Of a DNA stretch of 64,000 nt, positions 58,715 through 64,000 are shown piece by piece (positions within the stretch are counted from its first letter, which is position 1; every line of letters begins with the position of its first letter). The translations under genes were made by a program, and so were the position numbers. The notes beneath the pieces are model-generated. The model did no database searches. It was not told the origin of the DNA and worked only from the letters and a program-made list of their open reading frames with translations. The stretch is from a virus: IMG/VR virus record IMGVR_UViG_3300042863_002274. One strand, 5' to 3'.

Positions 58715-60028
58715 CTAGATGAGTATAGAAGCTCGTTTGCGTTGTGGCAACCCCAGGCCGGTTAGATACGTAAATGCTCCAACTGCAGAGTCTATTTGGT
58801 CGTCATGGTTTGAGGCTTCCGGGAATGAAGAAAATTCATCCAACCAATCTGTCAACCACGAAGCACGAACTAGTCTCACGTTCCCGTTTGAAGCGGCAGC
58901 AGCAAAAGGTCTAGCTCTCGTGACTTTGTCCCCTGTTGGACGCATTGCCCCGAAGTCGTACCCAGGAATCACGTATCTGGCGTACTGGTCAACCAAGGCC
59001 TTGCCTGAAGAACCGGGCTCCTGCTCCATTCTGATGGCAACACCAAAACCGTCTTCTTCTGCCGTCTTGGCGATGAGTTGCTCCACCTTTTCACCCCTGA
59101 CTCTGGCCTTTTTTACGTCAAGAACATAGGCCACGCCGCCGTCAAACATCATGAGAGTTCCTACGGTCCAGTCAGGGTCCGGATATCCAGCATGTGGCTC
59201 CGTTGCGGCAAGGTCCCAGAACCGAACCACCCTGGCCGAGTTGGTTATGACGGGTATCTCTTCTGGGTCAATAACAAGAAAGGCCTCGCGCTGAAAGAGG
59301 CTACCAAGGGTCGTTGACCACCAGTCTCCTTCTTCTAGGCGTCGTCTTTCAACAGGGTCCAGCTCTGAAAGGGCCTGACGGTACGAAACGGCGTCAATTC
59401 CAGGGTTATCCTTAAGCGTAGATGGCACGAATACGCGCCCGGTCTCTTTGCCTTCCACGATAAACCTCTGTCGCACCCAGTTGGGGGCTGGGTTGGATGC
59501 AGCCCTCATTCTTAGTGGAACCTGAGATATTGGACCGCTGGCAGGTCGACGAAGACGGGAGAAGAGGTATCTATAGTCAGATTCTCTAATTTCGGTAACT
59601 TCGTCCATTCCTATGAACTGGAATTCCGAACCCTTGTATCGCAGGTAGTCGTTTACGTTGTTTAGGTAACCGAAGGAGATACGAGCCCCAGATGGGAAGG
59701 TGGCAACGAAAGTATTGTTGTTCCAGTGAACGTCATCATAGTTGCTCATCCACGCCCTGAATCGGTCCATCAAGGCTCCAGGCAAGGAAAGGTCAGCAAA
59801 CGTTCTACGACAGAGAAGGGCTGAATAGCCAGGAACGTCTACATACTGCAGTGCCGCCATCAGAAGGGCTGAGGACTTTCCTCCTCCGGCCGCACCTCCA
59901 AATAATGCCTCTATAGAATTGGTTCTTAAAAATACTTTTTGGTTAATAGAGGGTTCTTCTGGACAGAATGGTGGCAGCTTTGGGCTCAGGTACTCAAGTA
60001 CTTCATCCCAGTTAGATTTTGTAGCCAT
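58715..60028 (-). CDS. terL: Terminase large subunit
   Basis: GGAAGGGKS Walker A, IGMDE Walker B, ASNP, nuclease FWDLA..D..E..HDDQIDS. Confidence 0.95.
   Translation of the reverse strand: MATKSNWDEVLEYLSPKLPPFCPEEPSINQKVFLRTNSIEALFGGAAGGGKSSALLMAALQYVDVPGYSALLCRRTFADLSLPGALMDRFRAWMSNYDDVHWNNNTFVATFPSGARISFGYLNNVNDYLRYKGSEFQFIGMDEVTEIRESDYRYLFSRLRRPASGPISQVPLRMRAASNPAPNWVRQRFIVEGKETGRVFVPSTLKDNPGIDAVSYRQALSELDPVERRRLEEGDWWSTTLGSLFQREAFLVIDPEEIPVITNSARVVRFWDLAATEPHAGYPDPDWTVGTLMMFDGGVAYVLDVKKARVRGEKVEQLIAKTAEEDGFGVAIRMEQEPGSSGKALVDQYARYVIPGYDFGAMRPTGDKVTRARPFAAAASNGNVRLVRASWLTDWLDEFSSFPEASNHDDQIDSAVGAFTYLTGLGLPQRKRASILI
58722..58750 (-). promoter_or_regulatory. Sigma70-type promoter TTGCCA-N17-TATACT inside terminase 3' end
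   Basis: Near-consensus -35/-10 with 17-nt spacer, pointing into the recombination operon. Confidence 0.55.
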
Positions 60029-60099
60029 GAGATATATATTGACCAATCAATTAAAGCCCTTAGTGCATTTGGGGCAATTTGTGCGCTACTGTATGTTAC

Positions 60100-60366
60100 A
60101 TGCCCCCAGCGTCATCGAACACAAAGACCAGAAGAGCCAAGCTAATAAAAAGAGTAAAAACAAAAGGCTCTAGCTTTGTAAGAATTATTAAAGCGCCATT
60201 TGTATTCGCCGCTAGACAAGTCAATAGACCAAGGTCCGCAAATGTACTGATGTTTTGCTTTATACTGTTTACTAGTATTGGAGCAGGAATGATATTCATG
60301 CCTGCCGGTTGGGTGGTTGCCGGTGTCGGCTGTGGAATTTTTGGCTTTCTTTTGGGACTTGAGTAG
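60100..60366 (+). CDS. Small membrane protein preceding portal
   Basis: Basic N-terminus and two C-terminal hydrophobic helices. Confidence 0.6.
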   Translation: MPPASSNTKTRRAKLIKRVKTKGSSFVRIIKAPFVFAARQVNRPRSANVLMFCFILFTSIGAGMIFMPAGWVVAGVGCGIFGFLLGLE

Positions 60367-60373
60367 GTAATAG

Positions 60374-62428
60374 ATGGGCTGGAATGCGCCTCAAAACAAA
60401 GGCTTGGGCTCACAATCAAGCAAAAATCTAGGATACGGAGCCCCCATATCCATGAACCCGTCCCTCGCTGGGAAGGCGTATCGTGACTCTTGGGACATAG
60501 AGCGCGCTTACCGCGAAGGCATGTCTAAAATCACTTGGGTCAATAGGTGTATTGACGCAATCTCGGGAAACCAAGCGCGCTTGCCGATGATTTTAAGAAA
60601 AGACAATTCAAAACATGGCGAAATTATCAAGGGGCGCGAAGCAAATCGTAATCCCCTGCTGGAGATTTTAAATAATAAAGCCAATGTCGGAGAAAACTCT
60701 TTTATTTTTAGATACAGGCTTTCTGCTCAGCTCATGCTGGGTACTCGTGGAGCTTTTATAGAAAAGATACGTGGACGTGATGGTGGAATCATTGGGCTCA
60801 ACCTTCTTCCACCTCAGTCAACAGCACCAATACCAGACCCTAAAACGTTTGTTTCCGGCTACGAAGTGCAAATGCCTTATGGTGAGAAAATAATACTCAA
60901 GCCAGAAGATGTTTGCTGGGTTAGACGCCCTCACCCTATCGACCCTTACCTATCGCTTACGCCTCTTGAGGCAGCAGGTGTGGCCATAGAAATCGAAAAC
61001 CTCGCCAAGATTTACAACAGAAACTACCTTCTTAACGACGGACGTCCGGGTGGACTTTTAGTTGTTAGGGGTGAAATTGATGAAGACGATAAAGAAGAAC
61101 TGCGTAACAGATTCAGAGGAAACCTAGCAAGGGCTGGACACACTACGGTCATTGCGGCAGACGACGGAGTTGACTTTGTTGACACTTCTGCAAACCCACG
61201 TGATGCTGCCTACGTCCAGATGCGACAGATAACTAAAGAAGAAATACTTTCTGCATTTGGTGTTCCTGAGTCTGTTATTGGTAATGCCTCTGGCAGAACC
61301 TTCAGTAACGCTTCAGAAGAGATTCGTGTTTTCTGGATGGAGACAATGCTTCCCCATCTGGAGCCAATATCTAGAGCGTTAGACGAACTTGATGAAAAGT
61401 ACTATCTAGATTTTGACACGACCGAAGTTCCAATCCTCATGCTTTATAAGCAAGAGCGAGACAAGTATTTACTACAGGAATTCCAGTCTGGATTGATTAG
61501 CGCGAACGAGTACAGAACTGGCTCGTCACGCAAGGAAGTAGATGCCGACTTGGCTGACTCGCTTCTTCAGAATCCAAACCTTATTCCTATTGCGAACACG
61601 AAAAAGAAGATGGAAGAAGGCCAGGCTCAGATTCCTGGGGCTCCTGGGGCTCCTCCGGGAATGCCGGGAATGCCAGAAATGCCAGGGGTACCACCTGGAA
61701 TGCCTACTCCTGTTCCTCCAATGGCAGAAACCATTCCTTTGGACACAAATACTATGCAAGGTGCAATGGCCGAAGCAGGTATGGCGGGAGGAGAATTGGC
61801 TCAAACCACCATTCCTACCGAGGCACTTGGTGGACTTCCACAGCCAATGACTGTTGCGTCTTCTCCTAGCAATCAAATTCAAGTAAAAGAACTGATTGAC
61901 AAGAGCGAACAGTCAATCGAAAGATGGACCGAAATTCTTGCAAGAAGCGTTGAGCGCGTAGCGGAAAGACAGCAAAGAGTAGTGCTTGAAAAAGCTAGCG
62001 GCTTAAAGTCTAAAAAAGCCTTGATGCACGGAACCCTTGATGTTGACTCGGTTTTGTCAATTGAGACATGGAATAAGCAGATAGAGGAAGACATCCGTCC
62101 GGTCGTTTCTTCTATTATTAGCGATTCTTTTGAGTCGCGAGTAAATGAAGCATCTGAAAAGGGAGTAAAAGTAAAAGCTCTCCCAGTTAAGGACCTTCGC
62201 GCGATGGTTGATGCTCACGTTTCAAGAATTAAAAGAATAAATGAAGCGAATTTTTCAGAAATTAATTCACTTATGATTAAATCTTTTGAATACGCAGACG
62301 AAGAAAGACGATATTCGTTCTTTAGAGATGGGTTGGTGGAAATGTACACCGACTTCTTCGCTTATGGTCAATATCAGCTGGCCGAAAACGAGGCTCGTTC
62401 CGCTTGGAACTTTGGTCAAACTGTTTAG
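60374..62428 (+). CDS. Portal protein (HK97 family) with C-terminal extension
   Basis: WV.RCID.I..ARLP, L.G.AF, LTPLEAA, N.GRPGGLL, EI..AFGVP..IG, ISANEYR; Pro/Gly/Met linker and extra helical domain. Confidence 0.9.
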   Translation: MGWNAPQNKGLGSQSSKNLGYGAPISMNPSLAGKAYRDSWDIERAYREGMSKITWVNRCIDAISGNQARLPMILRKDNSKHGEIIKGREANRNPLLEILNNKANVGENSFIFRYRLSAQLMLGTRGAFIEKIRGRDGGIIGLNLLPPQSTAPIPDPKTFVSGYEVQMPYGEKIILKPEDVCWVRRPHPIDPYLSLTPLEAAGVAIEIENLAKIYNRNYLLNDGRPGGLLVVRGEIDEDDKEELRNRFRGNLARAGHTTVIAADDGVDFVDTSANPRDAAYVQMRQITKEEILSAFGVPESVIGNASGRTFSNASEEIRVFWMETMLPHLEPISRALDELDEKYYLDFDTTEVPILMLYKQERDKYLLQEFQSGLISANEYRTGSSRKEVDADLADSLLQNPNLIPIANTKKKMEEGQAQIPGAPGAPPGMPGMPEMPGVPPGMPTPVPPMAETIPLDTNTMQGAMAEAGMAGGELAQTTIPTEALGGLPQPMTVASSPSNQIQVKELIDKSEQSIERWTEILARSVERVAERQQRVVLEKASGLKSKKALMHGTLDVDSVLSIETWNKQIEEDIRPVVSSIISDSFESRVNEASEKGVKVKALPVKDLRAMVDAHVSRIKRINEANFSEINSLMIKSFEYADEERRYSFFRDGLVEMYTDFFAYGQYQLAENEARSAWNFGQTV

Positions 62429-62486
62429 TTTCACTAAACGATTGTTTGATTTTTATATAATTTCACTAAAAGTGGATATATAAGCA

Positions 62487-62522
62487 TAGTTGCACCGAAC
62501 AGACTTCCTAATGTCTTATTAT
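62487..62522 (+). promoter_or_regulatory. Candidate late promoter TAGTTGCA-N22-TATTAT
   Basis: Intergenic, upstream of protease; same spacing as the sheath and chaperone motifs. Confidence 0.6.
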
Positions 62523-62554
62523 TTTCAGTAGACACAAGACGAAGGGTCTCCTGA

Positions 62555-64000
62555 ATGTTGCCTGAACTGTACGAATATAAGTCAACCACGCTCGGAACTT
62601 CCTTTGCGACCAAGGGTGGCTCCATCAACCTAGATGAAGCTCAGGGAATGGTTGAGTGCTTCGTAGCCGGAATAGGCAACAAAGACTCAGTAGGAGACAT
62701 TGTCACTACTGGTGCGTTCACAAAAAGCCTTCAGCGCCGCAAGCCTCGTGTTGTTTGGGGCCACAACTGGAATGACCCAATCGGTAAAGTTTTAGAGATT
62801 TACGAAGTACCAAATACGGACCCAAGATTGCCTTTGAAGATGAAGATGGCAGGAATCGGTGGACTTTTTGCTCGCGTTCAGTTCAACCTTAATTCCGAAA
62901 AAGGTAAAGAAGCATTCGCTATGGTTGCCTTCTTTGGTGAAGAACAAGAATGGTCAATCGGCTATAAGACGCTTCGTGCCCAGTTCGACCAGAAGTCGCA
63001 AGCAAACGTTATTTACGAACTTGAACTGTACGAAGTATCTCCTGTTCTTCACGGAGCAAACCAGCTCACTGGCACTATTTCCGTAAAGTCAGAAGAAGGT
63101 GGATATTCCGGTCCAGTTTCCTATATGGAAGAAGACGAAGAAGAAACCATAAACCGCGCAGAAATTGAAAAGCAATTGGGCTTAATGCTCGGCGCAAAAG
63201 TTTCCTTAATGGACGTAAACGGAGAAGAGCTAACCTTTGCTCGTCGTGCAGATAACGGTGAAGTTGGCCGATACAAGTGCCATTTCAGCGGAGGTCGCGG
63301 ACGATACATGTTTGGAGCACCTGAGCCAATTACGGTTGTTGCACCACGCAGACCATCAGTGCCTATGCCCGGAATGCCAATGATGCCAATTGGGTCTCCA
63401 GGAATGGTGATGAATCAGCCTCAACGCCCCACGCGTCCGCCAGCAATGTCTATGCCTGTTGCGATAAGACCAGGACAAAATGGTCCTCAGATTATCGCGC
63501 TTCCAGCAGTTGAGTACGAAGATGATGATACTCAAGAATTTGACCCAACAAACTTGGACAAAGAAGAAGCAGACCTAAGAGACGCACTTCTCAAGATAAC
63601 AAAACGTCACGGCAAGTTTAATCAAGACTCAGAAGGTGTTTGGGCCGGATACACGCCAGCTGCCGAAAACTCAATTGCTGGCATAGGCGTAAAATGTGCT
63701 AACTGCGTTTTTTATCAAGGTGGCGATAGCTGCAAGATAATTGACATGGAAGTTGAATCAGAAGGAAAGTGCCGTTTTGCCGTCATTCCTAATGGAGTTG
63801 TCAAAGGTGATTCAACAGTCAAAAAGACATACGAAATCGAAGAAGAGTTCACTCAAGAAGACTACGTTTCCGACCTTGAAGTAAAATACCCTGGAGAGTT
63901 AGCAATAGCAGCCCTGCGTGGAGCTATCGGAAGACGTAGAAAAAAGCGTCGTAAGTTCAAGTTGCTAAGCGAGTTTGGTTCGCAAAGTGATTGGCCCGAA
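62555..64000 (+). CDS. HK97-family prohead protease with long C-terminal extension incl. HiPIP-like Cys motif, truncated at right edge (not in ORF track)
   Basis: Manual translation: GNKDSVGDIV..GAF, VVWGHNWNDPIG, EWSIGY, LYEVSPVLHGAN; later CANCVFYQGGDSCKII..EGKCRF in the same frame. Confidence 0.85.
   Translation, partial: MLPELYEYKSTTLGTSFATKGGSINLDEAQGMVECFVAGIGNKDSVGDIVTTGAFTKSLQRRKPRVVWGHNWNDPIGKVLEIYEVPNTDPRLPLKMKMAGIGGLFARVQFNLNSEKGKEAFAMVAFFGEEQEWSIGYKTLRAQFDQKSQANVIYELELYEVSPVLHGANQLTGTISVKSEEGGYSGPVSYMEEDEEETINRAEIEKQLGLMLGAKVSLMDVNGEELTFARRADNGEVGRYKCHFSGGRGRYMFGAPEPITVVAPRRPSVPMPGMPMMPIGSPGMVMNQPQRPTRPPAMSMPVAIRPGQNGPQIIALPAVEYEDDDTQEFDPTNLDKEEADLRDALLKITKRHGKFNQDSEGVWAGYTPAAENSIAGIGVKCANCVFYQGGDSCKIIDMEVESEGKCRFAVIPNGVVKGDSTVKKTYEIEEEFTQEDYVSDLEVKYPGELAIAALRGAIGRRRKKRRKFKLLSEFGSQSDWPE

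Larger units (their letters stand above)
1..64000. mobile_element. Segment of a large contractile-tailed (myovirus-type) bacteriophage genome
   Basis: Terminase, HK97-type portal and prohead protease, sheath, tube, tape measure, baseplate J/gp25-like and fibre genes present; no bacterial housekeeping genes seen. Confidence 0.95.

Noticed and set aside
1-64000. Stop-codon reassignment, tRNA genes, introns or inteins
   Set aside because: Genes are intact in the standard code with TAA/TAG/TGA all used as stops; no cloverleaf seen in the short intergenic gaps; terminase and portal cores are uninterrupted

Overview
The window is a 64-kb piece of a large tailed dsDNA phage with a contractile (myovirus-type) tail and HK97-type head genes. 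The host is inferred to be an actinobacterium, possibly freshwater, from leaderless-type gene starts and protein families. Layout from left to right: (i) an edge-truncated secreted beta-propeller gene and a leftward glycan/methylation operon (1-6978); (ii) a rightward block of collagen-like (Gly-Val-Ser / Gly-Pro-Thr) fibre genes, with an embedded tailoring cassette of a His-rich fibre protein, flavin-dependent halogenase-like protein, two 2OG-Fe(II) oxygenases and an FkbM methyltransferase, ending in a GT4 glycosyltransferase (7129-27482); (iii) a leftward block with two duplicated FN3/Cys-rich adhesin cassettes, baseplate, tape measure, tail chaperone with a candidate -1 frameshift, tube, sheath and neck genes (27491-50317); (iv) a ParB / PAPS-reductase-like / ParB cluster and a recombination module with RuvC, HNH, RecB/Cas4-like and Rad52-like genes (52022-58678); (v) large terminase, divergent from portal and an edge-truncated prohead protease carrying a HiPIP-like Cys motif. 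The best candidate for an undescribed system is phage-encoded post-translational tailoring of virion fibres (halogenation, hydroxylation, methylation, glycosylation). Other signals are a TAGTTGCA-N22-TANNNT late-promoter motif, apparent absence of GATC, and a chimeric mini-ORF recording an adhesin swap. All calls come from motif recognition by eye; no searches were run.
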